Source of the DNA: Cetorhinus maximus
Lineage: Eukaryota
DNA: 64,000 bases
Direction: 5' to 3'
NCBI RefSeq assembly: GCF_964194155.1
Contig: NC_135898.1
Span: 51,026,001-51,090,000, forward strand
Position 1 is the stretch's first letter, and each line of letters starts with the position of its first letter. Below the pieces are notes generated by a model. It did not search any database and was not told the origin of the DNA. It saw only the letters and a list, made by a program, of their open reading frames with translations. Shown here piece after piece: positions 26,501 to 36,804 of the stretch. Made by a program: the position numbers and the translations under genes.

Positions 26501-28553
26501 TGAGATTCTGCTGCATGTGGCAGACCACATGAATCTTAACACATGGCAGAATTTTAAATGTTAACTGGGAGTGGGTTCAGGTGTGGTCAGGAGCGTGGAG
26601 CAGAGGTTAAAGCTCTGAAAAATGTTGATGAGTTTGAAGCTTGACACTGATCCCACCCACCTGCGGGTTTCACTAGGGTGCATTTAGAGATAAACTGTTG
26701 GATCGGGCATTTAAATATTTAAATAATCAATTAATTAAGTCTTTAACTATGAATTCTGGCCTTGAAAACTAGAGAAGAGGTTTGGCTGTATGGCACTTGC
26801 CAGAGTCAACAAGGTGAGAGTACTGTGGGGAGCCATTGATTAAGGAAAAAAAACTTTAAACAGTGAACAGCTACTGGCCTGCCTGTGGGTAAGGCTTGTA
26901 CTCTGTTGTTTTGAGAACCTAATTTCACTCTTTCACAAATGAATTCCAAATTTTCTGAAGTCATTTCACCTATCTTGGACTTCATCCATCTTGATTGCTC
27001 TTCCCTGCAGTCAGCTTTAACTGTAGCATGGGAGCAGCTTATGCAGCTCTACCTTACGCCTCTGATGTGGAACAAGAGCAGCAGCAACACCGATACCAAC
27101 AGTGTCAGCAGCAACACCAGCTACCTTCTCCTCAGCCACATGCTGCTTCATAGGGCAGAGGGGATGGCTAAAGAGATCCAGCTCGAAAGACTCAATACCT
27201 TTAACACAAGGTCTACAGGCAGAGGGTCAGCTCTCTTGGCATGTGTAAGCACCAGTCCTACATGATGTTTACGCTTTCAAGGCATGTTGTTGCTGACATC
27301 CAATGCATCCTACAGCAAGGCCACCTTCACTGTGGACCAGGTGGGCACATATTGCCAGTGGCCATCTAGGTTGCTATTGCTGGAGGGCCACCCTATGGGG
27401 AAACAATTTAACTCCATTTATCTCTTGACATTGATGGGATCATAAACTTACTAAAGGAGGATCTGCAAAAGGAATCCACAAAAGTTAACATAGTGTTTTG
27501 TAAGATAAGCACTATAAAGGTAGAAATGACCCAATCACATCAACACTTAGCATACTTCGGCCTAATATGGGTAGAATCTTACCGCCTTAGTTTTTAAATG
27601 TGGGCTGGGACCATTTCTGGGTCCCCAACCTTGACAATTTATGAGGTTTGCTCATCTGCACAATCTTACCAGAGGTGGACAATTAACAGGCAGCTTCCTG
27701 GAGCCCTGTCTAATTAAGGGTGGCAAGTGAGCTGCGCAAGCAGAAAGGCCAATTTGAGCACCCTAGGTTCTGGACATCCAGCTGTGCCACTGGGAAAGGT
27801 GGGTGCTAACACTGTAGGAGGGAGGCCACAAGGCATTTCAAGATGAAGGTACCCTTCAAAACCTTTAAATGCTTAAAAGCAAATGGTGCCCACAGCTGCC
27901 AGACCATCATTGTGGTGGGGGAACCCCTCCACTGAAAGGCCTGCAGTCAGAGCTATGGCTCTCTGACACCTGCGGCTCCAGGAGTGTCCTGCTGCTGCGG
28001 GGGGTTGGCACCTACTGGCTTCAGTCTCAGCAAGGGGCCCGTCTGCTGTCAGCAAGATCCTGGCAGTGTCACCAGTTTGTTAAGTGGGCACTTAATGTTG
28101 ATAATTAGCTGCCCACCACTACGAGGCAGGTAGCTGGTGCCATTCAGACCCCGCTCGGAAGTGGGAAGGTGTCAGAGAACCACCCTGAGGTGAAATTTTC
28201 TGAAATTGTAAACACCACCCCCCCCAACCCCCTCCAAGCCCCCCAATACCAGCTCAGCACAGCTGGTAAGATTCCACCTTTCCTCTGCCTATTCAATGAA
28301 TCCAATGATTTGTCTAATCTACATCAAATACAAATCAAAAACAAATATATAAAATTGATGTGCACACACACTGTCAGAGAGAGAAGCAGAGGAAAGAAAA
28401 GAATTCAGAATCACAGTATTTTTGGAGTTGCAATACTGCAAATAACGTATTGGTTTTCTTGCTGTACACAGCTGACATACCAAGCTGTACTGTTTTGTTC
28501 TTACCTTTCACTGTGTTGCCCAAAGCGAATGTTAAAATTGCGAGCCACAGCAT
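2509..28553 (-). CDS. Pancreatic triacylglycerol lipase family gene (PNLIP/PNLIPRP-like), complete spliced CDS, 12 coding exons, 471 aa
   Basis: Joined exons 28553-28505, 25426-25272, 13649-13524, 9898-9764, 9670-9562, 8664-8545, 8455-8336, 8163-8045, 5984-5855, 5750-5639, 4240-4073 and 2581-2509 total 1416 nt, open from ATG to TGA with all introns GT-AG. The protein has a signal peptide, [18 protein letters not shown] (Ser), LDPA (Asp), CSH (His), a 23-residue lid and a C-terminal PLAT domain. The exact paralogue (PNLIP vs RP1/2/3) cannot be assigned without a phylogeny. Confidence 0.96.
4073..4240 (-). CDS. Lipase coding exon 11 ([31 protein letters not shown]...[16 protein letters not shown])
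   Basis: PLAT motifs IDxxxDLGD..KVKFLW and KIGA; AG/GTAAGT boundaries; 168 nt. Confidence 0.95.
4341..4564 (-). pseudogene. Degenerate duplicate of lipase coding exon 9 plus its downstream intron (pseudo-exon)
   Basis: Aligns by eye to 5757-5975 (taaatgatcagattcaga...cattgggggacagccttctg). The donor is destroyed (catacgtgcaaaag to cataaatgcaaaag), the acceptor end is missing, and indels are present. Confidence 0.85.
4866..5600. mobile_element. PIF/Harbinger non-autonomous element (MITE) in a lipase intron
   Basis: TIRs GGGTGGAATC / GATTCCAGCC flanked by a TTA target-site duplication. The left end is homologous to the terminus of the large Harbinger element ending at 22463. Confidence 0.8.
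5639..5750 (-). CDS. Lipase coding exon 10, start of PLAT domain ([38 protein letters not shown])
   Basis: RWRYKVSV and ALYG motifs; AG/GTAAGT boundaries; 112 nt. Confidence 0.95.
5855..5984 (-). CDS. Lipase coding exon 9 ([18 protein letters not shown]...[12 protein letters not shown])
   Basis: CFxCxxxGCPxMGHYA and FLNTG motifs; AG/GTATGT boundaries; 130 nt. Confidence 0.95.
6392..6948. mobile_element. Fold-back (palindromic) Penelope-like repeat with a degenerate hammerhead motif in each arm
   Basis: Arms of about 250 bp (6392-6652 and 6707-6948) are imperfect reverse complements. The motif tgtc-CTAATGA-gtgcaggat-GAAA-agctt occurs at 6458-6426 (minus) with a counterpart at 6884-6917. Confidence 0.75.
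8045..8163 (-). CDS. Lipase coding exon 8 with catalytic His ([21 protein letters not shown]...[10 protein letters not shown])
   Basis: [11 protein letters not shown] motif; AG/GTAAGT boundaries; 119 nt. Confidence 0.96.
8336..8455 (-). CDS. Lipase coding exon 7 ([40 protein letters not shown])
   Basis: [14 protein letters not shown] motif and start of the lid; AG/GT boundaries; 120 nt. Confidence 0.96.
8545..8664 (-). CDS. Lipase coding exon 6 with catalytic Asp ([39 protein letters not shown])
   Basis: LDPA and RLDPSDAxFVDVIH motifs; AG/GT boundaries; 120 nt. Confidence 0.96.
9562..9670 (-). CDS. Lipase coding exon 5 with catalytic serine ([19 protein letters not shown]...GRITG)
   Basis: GHSLG nucleophile elbow; AG/GT boundaries; 109 nt. 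Confidence 0.96.
9764..9898 (-). CDS. Lipase coding exon 4 ([45 protein letters not shown])
   Basis: VNCICVDW and RVVGAE motifs; AG/GT boundaries; 135 nt. Confidence 0.96.
9920..13430 (-). mobile_element. L2-clade LINE remnants, highly degenerate and rearranged, interrupted by a MITE
   Basis: LVHAFVxxxLDYSNxLL, [21 protein letters not shown]..[11 protein letters not shown] and ILGDFN fragments; L2-type 3' end (caacttgcatttatattgcg...gtcccaagatacttcacag). Confidence 0.85.
11526..12256. mobile_element. PIF/Harbinger-type MITE inserted in L2
   Basis: Perfect 12-bp TIRs GGGCTGGATTTT / AAAATCCAGCCC, 3-bp TSD AAG; L2 sequence resumes on both sides. Confidence 0.85.
13524..13649 (-). CDS. Lipase coding exon 3 ([42 protein letters not shown])
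   Basis: Oxyanion motif [16 protein letters not shown]; AG/GT boundaries; 126 nt. Confidence 0.96.
14596..17663 (+). mobile_element. Non-LTR retrotransposon (APE endonuclease + RT, CR1/L2-group) with a tRNA/Deu-SINE 5' head, degenerate
   Basis: A-box/B-box head (ggtggcat...gggttcgaatccc) and SINE body. Then [64 protein letters not shown] and ILGVTID motifs with stops and frameshifts. The 3' tail aagggcaactaagggtgggcaataaatgctggcc is shared with the SINEs. Confidence 0.9.
17700..22463 (-). mobile_element. PIF/Harbinger DNA transposon remnant with HARBI1-like transposase pseudogene (about 19150-20330); left boundary approximate
   Basis: [57 protein letters not shown] and [10 protein letters not shown] motifs plus an acidic tail; terminal GGGTGGAATG TIR at 22463. 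Confidence 0.85.
21810..22053 (+). mobile_element. Solo LTR
   Basis: TG...CA termini, internal AATAAA, 5-bp TSD ATATA on both sides. Confidence 0.75.
23146..23539 (+). mobile_element. tRNA-derived Deu-domain SINE (SacSINE1-like)
   Basis: A/B boxes (ggtggcatggtggt, ggattcaaatcc), conserved body (ctggttcacta...cttacctggtct...gactcc), LINE-derived tail aagggcaattagggatgggcaacaaatgctg and an A-rich end. Confidence 0.85.
25272..25426 (-). CDS. Lipase coding exon 2 ([52 protein letters not shown])
   Basis: Typical pancreatic lipase N-terminus (C-Y-x-x-LGCF, LPWSP, RFLL); ttgcag acceptor and gtagt donor; 155 nt. Confidence 0.96.
26010..26300 (+). mobile_element. Harbinger ORF2 (Myb/SANT-like DNA-binding protein) remnant
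   Basis: Translates to ...[27 protein letters not shown] (trihelix/Myb-SANT signature), with an upstream stop. Confidence 0.7.
26543..27385 (+). mobile_element. Harbinger element 5' end with transposase N-terminal remnant
   Basis: ggcagaatttt TIR-like start; [15 protein letters not shown] fragment corresponds to the xLPxAVxVTxxLNF motif. Confidence 0.5.
27569..28279. mobile_element. Harbinger-type MITE in a lipase intron
   Basis: TIRs GGGTAGAATCTTACC / GGTAAGATTCCACCT; TSD not conserved. Confidence 0.65.
28505..28553 (-). CDS. Lipase coding exon 1 (signal peptide [16 protein letters not shown])
   Basis: ATG directly follows an AG acceptor; hydrophobic signal peptide; GTAAG donor; phase 1 matches the next exon. 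Confidence 0.9.
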
Positions 28554-28641
28554 CTAAGATGGAATTTATAAGAAAACATGTTAAAAAAATTTTAATTGAA
28601 AGTAATGTATTCAGGAATCATATTCATGAATTGCGACTTAC

Positions 28642-28675
28642 TTTAACAAGTGCCCTGGCCTGAGAGCAAGGTGCA
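28642..28675 (-). other. Probable non-coding first exon of the lipase gene (start approximate)
   Basis: GTAAGT donor at 28641-28636, 88-nt intron to the ATG exon, and a TATA element about 25-30 nt upstream. Mammalian PNLIP genes have the same short-untranslated-exon layout. Confidence 0.65.
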
Positions 28676-28697
28676 ATTGGTAGTGTAACGGGCAGAC

Positions 28698-28803
28698 ATA
28701 TATATATACAGACACACACATACACACACACACACACACACACTGTGCTAATGTTTGCTCTGTAACATTGGTGCTATTTTTGTGCATGTGAAACAGGCAG
28801 ATG
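28698..28803 (-). promoter_or_regulatory. Lipase proximal promoter: TATA box (28698-28708) and candidate PTF1 E-box/TC-box (28787-28803)
   Basis: Minus strand reads TATATATAT just upstream of exon 1, and CATCTG-cctg-TTTCACA about 120 nt upstream. Confidence 0.55.
28713..28743. repeat. (CA)n microsatellite in the lipase promoter
   Basis: Imperfect acacacacatacacacac... run between the TATA box and the E-box. Confidence 0.9.
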
Positions 28804-29999
28804 ACAAATTAATTCTTGGAGGAAATTCAAACAATGCCAAGCAGTTTCATGAGTGCAAGGCTTCCATGATTTTACAGGACTAACAGATATTTTGAAATTG
28901 AAAACATTTTTTGCTTCTTTTCATATTCCTTATCAGTGAATTAATAAAGTGATTTACACAGGTGCAACACTAAAAGGCACTTTTAATTCTGTCAGATATT
29001 GCTTTAACTGTAATAAACATTTATCAAGTTCAATAACACATAACATCTATCCCATCAAAGTGGAATGCTTTATTATTTAGTGATATCTATTTCCATTTCA
29101 GAAAATCATTGCTTCATGGTCCAAAGCTGTATGGCCTCATCCTGTCCTCAGCAGTATTAACATTTTAACATTAACATTGTTAACATGAAATTGGAGTTGA
29201 AGCCCAACATTATCCATGATTGTATTGCATGGTGGAGCAGGCTCGATGGGTTGTGTGGTCTACTCTTGCTCCTATTTCCTATGTTCATGCCATTGAGCAC
29301 TGAAATATGATTTTCTAAATGTAACAATAACAATCATTTACATTAACATAGAATCTTCAGTCCCACAGTGCTTGAGAAAAATGGGCATTGAGTCAGGAAG
29401 GGAGAGGTTAGAAAGAGTGACCAAAGATTTGGTTGATGAAATAGGTTCTGCCATTAATGATGAGTGAAGTGAAGGATAGATACACAAGAGGCTGGAGTCA
29501 GAAGAACAGAGTATTCAGAAGGGGAGAGAACATTTGAGCATCAAAACAGGATTAGGCCATTTTGCCCCACAAGCCTGTTCTGCCATTCAATGAGTTCATG
29601 GCTAATCTGTGACCTAATTCCTTATACCCGCATTTGCCATATATCCCATATTAACTTTGGTTAACAAAAGTCTATCAATCTCCATGTTTCTGGTAACAAG
29701 CAGAGAAACAAATTAACTCATCAATAGTGGTAGTCGTTTGAAATGGGGATTCACATTAAATGGTAAAAGTTAGATCCCATATGTAACTAAATAAAAGGAT
29801 GAAGCAACACAATGTCAGTGACAAGGAAAAGCAGTAAGTAATGTACAATTCGGAAATTATTCTGTTGCTCTGTTAAATTTTTCTTTTGTAACTTTGCCTT
29901 CTGATTTATGTAACTGTTATGATTATGAAATTTAATCATGTGCTACTAAGAGAAATAATGTACAGTTTTACTAAGCATAATTCAGGAAGAAGATCTGAG

Positions 30000-31290
30000 G
30001 AATTGTGCAGCCGACTAACTGAGTGAAGACTTGGAGTTTGGTGAGAGGAGAGTTGTTTGTTTCCTCTTTTTATCTTTCTCACCCAATAAAAATTAGTTCT
30101 TGCTCTACTACAGGGAAAGGAGCTAGCTATTTGGTGAATATCTGGTAAGTGGGTAAGTTCTATTGTGTCCCTAAGGTTTAATATAGTACATAATTTGGTG
30201 GTAAAGTTAATAAAATATATAAGAAAACAACATAAGTAAGTGATTAATATAATTAAGTAATTATTTAATACACATTAAGGATGGCAGGACAGGTGATGTG
30301 TCAAGGCTGCAGCATGTGGAAGCTCCTGGATAACATTGTGATCCAGGCCAAACACGTCTGCAGTAAGTGTTTGTGGCTTGAGGAACTTCGGCTCAGAGTC
30401 ATTGAGCTGAAGGTTGAGCTGCAGAATCTGCGACACATCAGGAAGGGGGAAAGTTACCCGGATGCTTCTCCCAGGAGGCAGTCACACCACTTAGGGTAGA
30501 GTCTTCTGATTTGGTCAGTGGCCAGGGACAGGAGGGTGTGACTGTGAGTGAGGCAGGCAAGGGGACCCAGAGGCGTGTGAGCCTCTGTAATTGTCCAATA
30601 GGTTTGAGGTTTTCTCAGCTTGTTTGGATGAGTGGGGGCTGCAGGGTGGATGAGCAAACTGACCATGGCACCGTGGTACAGGAAGCCATTCAAGTGGGGG
30701 AAGCAAAAAGGAATGGAGTGGTAGTTGGGACAGTATAGTAAGGGAGATTGACACTGTTCTTTGTAGCAAAGAGCGAGAGTCCAGGCGGTTTTGTTGCCTG
30801 CCTAGTGCCAGGGTTTGGGACATCTGCTCAGGGCTGGAGAGGAATTTGCAGTGGGAGAGGGAGGATCTGGTGGTCATGGCCCATGTAGGTACCAACGACA
30901 TAGGCAAGCTGAGGAAGGAGGTTCTGCATAGTCAATATGACTAGCTAGGCACTAAATTAAGAAGCAGAACCTCAAAGGTAATAATTTCTGGATTATTACC
31001 TGAGCCACAGCACATTGGCATAGGACAAATAAGATTAGAGAATTGAACATATGGCTCAAAGACTGGTGTGGGAGAAGTGGGTTCTGGTTTGTGGGGCACT
31101 GGCATCAGTATTGGGGAAAGTGGGATCCGTACCATTGGGATGGTCTACAACTGAACTGTGCTGTGGCTGGTGTCCCTGTGAGCTGCCTAACTAAGGACGT
31201 AGAGAGGGTTTTGATCTGAATAGTGGGGGCAAGGGATCAAATTTGGGAAGATATGGTAAACCAATTAGAGACAAGGCAAGAAAGACAGGT
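30000..31290 (+). mobile_element. CR1 LINE 5' UTR and ORF1 (zinc finger/coiled coil + GDSL-like esterase), degenerate
   Basis: MAGQVMCQGCSMW...CSKCLWLEELRLRVIELKVEL, GDSIVR-like, HVGTNDI, KVIISGLLP and DGL motifs. Confidence 0.85.
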
Positions 31291-33169
31291 ATGAGTTTGC
31301 AAAGTATCCAAGAGATATCTGGAAAGGCTCAGATACCTATTGTAGTTCCAAGAAACATGATGCCGGCTATGCGGTTGTTGTTATGAGTTCAAAGACTACA
31401 GTTTTTCAAGTGTGGTGCCTTTATTGAACTGAATGTATCACATCTGCCCCCAGACATGTCCTATCTAGCTTGACAGTGACAAGCTAGATAGAACATGTAG
31501 TAGTAATTGCATTTCAAAACCCAAACACCCGCCTTTCCTTAATGAACAAGCAACAACTTTGCATGCACCATCATGTGTAACTGTGAGTTACTGAAGTTAT
31601 GCACTATACCACAACTGTTCTCATGCATTAACAAATAGTTAGTTGTTCATTAGTCTCTGCAACCGCATTGCATGCAAGTTAAATCGTGCAGGTCTCTTAA
31701 TGGTACACGTGCGTGTTGTCATTGGCTGCTATCTAGATGATGTTTCTTCTTTGGGGAGTGTCGTTCCCATGGCACTTGTTGTTGTTGTTCCATTTCTGTT
31801 GTCGGGGACCGGTGGACCTCTGGGAGTGATGGTCATTCTATACTCTGTGCAGCTGGTGAGATCCCATCTTCCTGATCGGCCACCTGCAGTGAAGGTACTG
31901 CTTCTCTACTTGCTTGTATATGTCTGCGACTGCGTCGGTATATTTGGTCGTTAACTTCCACTGCATCCCAAGTTGTCACCTGGGCTGACTCCTGTTGAGA
32001 GCATTGGAGATTTGCACCCTGACTGGCTCTTCAATGCTCAACTCTGGCAATGATTTGGCAGTCTTGTCAAAATGAAATTTGGCTTTCTGCCATTTTACCT
32101 TGAGTTTTTCCACTCACTGTTACTACTTCAGTAGCTTTTTGTTATTGGAACAGTAGTTTGGGTGTGACGTGACATTAGTCTTTGGACTGGACCACTTTCC
32201 ATGCTTTCAGTTGGTGTGTTTCTCCACTCGAGGGTTGCCTTGTACACATCTGTTCAATTTCTTGATAATTCCTTTGGTGACTTTCACTGCCACCTCAGCC
32301 TTTCCATTCAACTGGAATAGTGCGGAGTTGATAACTAGTGTTGAATTTCCCAATCCTTTGTGAAGCAGCTGAAGTCTTCACCTCGTGAACTGTGGGCTGT
32401 GAACTGTCACTCATCACAATGTCTAGAATGCCGTAACAACTGAAGTATTCTTTCAAACGTTCTACTATCTCTCCTGTCATCATTGAAAATTAGCTGGTCT
32501 ACCTCCCAGTAGTCAGAATAGTAGCTCACAGTGACACGATAATCTGTTTCTGCTATAGTGAGCGGTCTACTCCCAGCTTCATCCATGGTCTATGTGGGAA
32601 GTCATGTGTCATCAACGGCTCTCTGGCTTGTTTATCTTGTTATTTGTTAGAAGCACCACACTGGCTGATGTGGTCTTTGATATCATTGCTCTAGTTTAGC
32701 CAGTAGACACTTCTCTTGCCTTCCTCAGACTTGATTCAATTCCTTGGTGTCGTGCAAGGATGCGCTTCAGCCTCTCTCCTCTCATCTCCTTAGGGATAAT
32801 GACTCTATTTCAATCATACAAGATGCCATCCTGGGCTGTCAATTCATCTTGGCATGCCCAATAAGCTCTTGTGACCAGAGGTGTATCCTTGATGCTCTCA
32901 GGCCATCCTTTCATCACTACTTCTTGCAGCACTTGGAGAGTTGCATCGTGTTGTGTAGTTTGCTTGATTTGAACAAGGCGCTTTTCTGTCAGATTCAATG
33001 TCTCTGCCAGGTTGATGACTTCCAGAGCATGTCGAGCTGCTGCTTCACGTTGAAGCTTCTAGATTCAACATTCTGTTGTAGCATCCTCCACCTTCATGGG
33101 GCGTGCTGCTCTCGACAGCATGTCAGCGATGTACATCAGCTTCTCTTGCCTATGTCATGGCCAGATGTT

Positions 33170-34680
33170 GGGCGGAATTTTCTGAATCCGCTGGCGGCAG
33201 GCATGATAGGTGGCATGCGCGGAAAATAGGGCGGGACCCACTTCACGATGACATGAATGTAGGTCGCAATCTTCCACTCAGCCCGCTGACAGCGGGCTGC
33301 GTTTCCCGCCATCGGTTGGGAAATTGTAATACATCAGCATACAATTAAAAGGCCATCCCGCCAGGGTCTTAGAACCCCGCCATATCATCCGTCCACATCG
33401 GCAGGAAAGCACGCCGATGTGTTTCACAACAGCACGCAGGCTACGCGCACTTGGTGGCCTTCACATTGGGGGAACTGAGGTGAGTGAGCAGCAGCGTTCT
33501 CCACAGCTCACCTGTTGTTTATAGGCCTCAGGGGCGCCAGGGGGTGGGGGCAACTGATGCCTAGCCCCGCAGATGACTGCTTAAGGGGGAGAGGGGGTGG
33601 AGTGGTGTCTGGGGAGCAAGTGCTGGCCAGCCTCGGAGGCGACTGCTGAGGAGTTGGGGGTGTCTGGGGGCAAGTGCTGGCCAGTCTCGGAGGCAACTGC
33701 TGAGTGGGGGTCAAGTGCTGCCCTGGCGCGGCATCCTACGCACAGGCAATCGAGGTGGGGGGGCAGGGTAAGCGAGGGAAGTGACCAAGCATTAGGAACA
33801 CCTGTATAAACTGACCATGTCTCTGCAATTAAAACAGATTAGGTGCAGCCACAGTGATATGATTGGGGTCAGGCTCCTAGCCTGCCCACCCATGCAAGTG
33901 ATGTGGAGGCACTAAAGGGCCACCAAAACTCCATACCTTACCCAGCACCCCCCCCACCACACCCCCCCCCTCCCCCACCCCGGCCCTCCACTCCTCCATC
34001 ACAGACTTCGAGTCCGCCACCACTTTATTGGACCGCAGAGCAGTTGGGCCGCACACGTTGTACAGTCTCCTCACCAACACTGGCCATGTAGCAGTCACTG
34101 CTGGAGGCGCTCACAGACTCTTGCAGTCTCAGCATCCGTGTTTGGACCAGTGTCTCCCGTGTCGCAGGTTGACGGGGCAGCCATGCAGTGCACTCATCTC
34201 TGGCCATCCGAGGGGTGACCAGCACTCTCCAGGAAGCGTTAAGGGGTGGTCACACAACGCCAGGAAAGGCCAGGTCTCTCAGGCAGCGGTGGTGAGCTGG
34301 TGGTGATGAGCGCTTTGCTGGTGGCTACCTTTTAAAGATGGCGGCCGGCGTGATGCAACAGTGGGGTGATGGCGAGCCGGCGAATGAGAGCCCGCCCACC
34401 ATGGAAATGGCGTGTTTCGTGGGCGTGAATATATAATGAGGCAGGCTCGGGAAGATACGGCGTGAAAACCCACCATTTTCATTGGCGGGCAGGGCTCTAT
34501 TTTACCCGCCGCTACCGCACTTAGTGCAATTCTTATCTCTGTAAACAAAGTAACATTCTTCGCAGACGCTTTGGAGCAGATAGTAGCGGTTTGAGAAAAA
34601 TGCTTTTAAGTCGCTTTTGTTCGGACCCACTGTTACTTTGTCTCTCGGAAGCAGGTGTTGATGAAAATGCTCACAAGTAA
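33170..34680. mobile_element. GC/CpG-rich Harbinger-type non-autonomous element nested in the Gypsy pol (right end approximate)
   Basis: Starts GGGCGGAATTTT like the other MITE TIRs; internal sequence resembles 5150-5520; the right TIR was not clearly seen. Confidence 0.6.
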
Positions 34681-34684
34681 AAAC

Positions 34685-35250
34685 GCTATTTAGGCCACAG
34701 CTGGGAGCATTGTGCAGTTCTGGTCGCCTAACTATGGGAAGGATGTGATTGCACTGGAGAGGGTGCAGAGGAGACTCACCAGGATGTTGCCTGGGATGGA
34801 GCTTTTCAGCTATGAAGAGAGACTGGATAAGCTGGGGTTGTTTTTCTTAGAACAGAGAAGGCTGAGGGGGGACCTGATAGAGGTATACAAAATTATGAGG
34901 GGATTGATAGGGTAGATAGGTAGAACCTTTTCCCCTTAGCGGAAGTGTAAATAACCAGGGGGCATAGATTTAAGGTAGGGGCAGGAGCAGTATGCTTAGA
35001 GGGGATGTGAGGAAAAATGTTTTCACCCAGAGGATGGTTGGAATCTGGAACACACTGCCTGAGGGGGTGGTAGAAGCAGGAACCCTCACTACATTTAAGT
35101 AGTATTTAGATAAGCACTTGAAACATCATAGCATAAAGGGCAATGGGCCAAGTGCTGGAAAATGGGGTTAGAAAAGATAGGTGCTTGATTGCTGGTACGG
35201 ACACGATGGGCCAAAGGGCCTGTTTCTGTGCTGTATAACTCTATGACTCT
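34685..35250 (+). mobile_element. 5'-truncated CR1 LINE nested in the Gypsy element
   Basis: QFWSPNYGKDVIALERVQRR..RLRGDLIEVYKIMRG; 3' tail ctgtataactctatgactct. Confidence 0.9.
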
Positions 35251-36804
35251 AATAGCCAAGCACTCTTTCTCGATTTGTTTAGTGTTCAGTTTGTGTTAAT
35301 GTCCCGGATGCAAAAGTGACTGGTTGTCCTTGCTGCATTAGGGTTGCTCCAAGACCTCATTTGCTGGTGTCACACTGCAAGGTGACTTCATTATTGACAT
35401 CATAGTACTTCAGCACTGGCCTTGTCATCACTAGTTGTTTGATTTTATTGGATGTTGTTTCTTGTTCTGTTCCCCAATACCACTGCACATCCTTGGCAGT
35501 GAGCTTGCATAATGGTTCACACTCCAATGACAAATTAGGCAAAAGTTTTGCTGAACAGTTCATGAATCCAACAAATTGTTGCACCGCTTTCACATCTATT
35601 GGTTGATGCATTGCTGCTACAGCTCTCACCTTGTCAGGATCCTGGCAAAAACGTTTTGCTGTCAGTAGTTGACCTATGTACTTGGCTTCAGGTATCTTTG
35701 GTTGTAATTTGTTCTTGTTCAGCTCCAGGTTCATCTGGCGAGCTCTCTCTAGTATGCATTAAATTCTGATCATGGTCAGCTATGGCTTCTTATATTGTGA
35801 CTCCACATCCATTGACTAGTAAATCATCCAGTATGGCTTCCTCTCTGGGAAGATCACTGACTATCTCATGTTGTCTGCATTGATAGTCTTCTGGAGCCGT
35901 GGAAATGCCAAACTGCATGTGCAGCCATCTGTATCACCTGAATGGCATCCAGGATGTAGTTAGAAAGCTGCTGCTTTCATCCAGCTGCACTTATCAGTAG
36001 CTATCCTTCATATCTAGGATAGTGAAGATCTTTGCCTTGGCAAGTTGTGGCAAAATACCTTTGATGGTTGGCATGACATAGTGAGATCTGTTCAGTGCCT
36101 TATTTAGATCCTTTGGATCTAAGCATACACTCAGCTTTCCAGATTGTTTCACTGCTACCATGTTGCTAATTCAGTCTGTAGGAATTGTCACTTTCTTGAT
36201 TACTCCCTTCTTTTCCAGCTCTTCTATTTTGTTTTCTTTTCCTTCAGCAGCTTTCAGTAGGTTAGAACATTTCAGTGTTCCTCTTTCAGTAGCTGTGGCT
36301 TCTCTTCCAGCTTTTCAAAACTTAATCCCAGCTCCACTTCTGATACCATGTCATGAGCTCAAAGACTACAATCTTTCTAGTGTGGCGTCTTTATTGAACT
36401 GTATGTATCATGGCATTCCCTCATGGCAGAGGTAACATGACTATGGCAAGCCAGGTAGGACATGTGGTAGTGATTGCATTTCAAAACTCAAACAGTTGTG
36501 ATGTGTTGTAGAGCTTATCTTCAGCATGTGGCTTCAACCCGGATAAAGAATCCCCTAATAGCACACTCATTGTTGATCAATGGAATTCCAAGAGAACTAA
36601 AGTTCAGAGAGAGGAAGGTATTGCTTTCAACATCATATTAATGGTTTGGCGAACAACCAGAACCAACTAAAGTAACCAATTTCAGGTAAAATATTGGTGC
36701 CTGTTAGGGTCTGAAATGTTACAAAAATTCAAAATGAACAGTGGTAAATATTATTCAATCCTGCCTTTTCTTAAGTTTTAACAAGTGGCAAAAAAAAATG
36801 TTTT

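Larger units (their letters stand above)
31379..36494 (-). mobile_element. Gypsy/Ty3 LTR retrotransposon, internally deleted, with nested insertions
   Basis: LTRs 36349-36494 and 31379-31527 (TG...CA); 5-bp TSD GTTGT; PBS TGGTATCAGAAGTGG (tRNA-Leu-like) at 36348-36334; PPT at 31528-31540. RT (DDLLV), RNase H (LKYYD..TLQCD) and integrase (GWP, YGI..SD) remnants are present. Confidence 0.92.

Noticed and set aside
28169-28663. 164-aa plus-strand ORF
   Set aside because: Spans a MITE end and the antisense of the lipase first exons; no protein features.
31300-36640. About 75-codon frame that appears when the Gypsy element is removed (…KYPRDIWKGSDTYC…AV|VMCCRAYL…)
   Set aside because: No recognisable domain or splice signals; compatible with chance.
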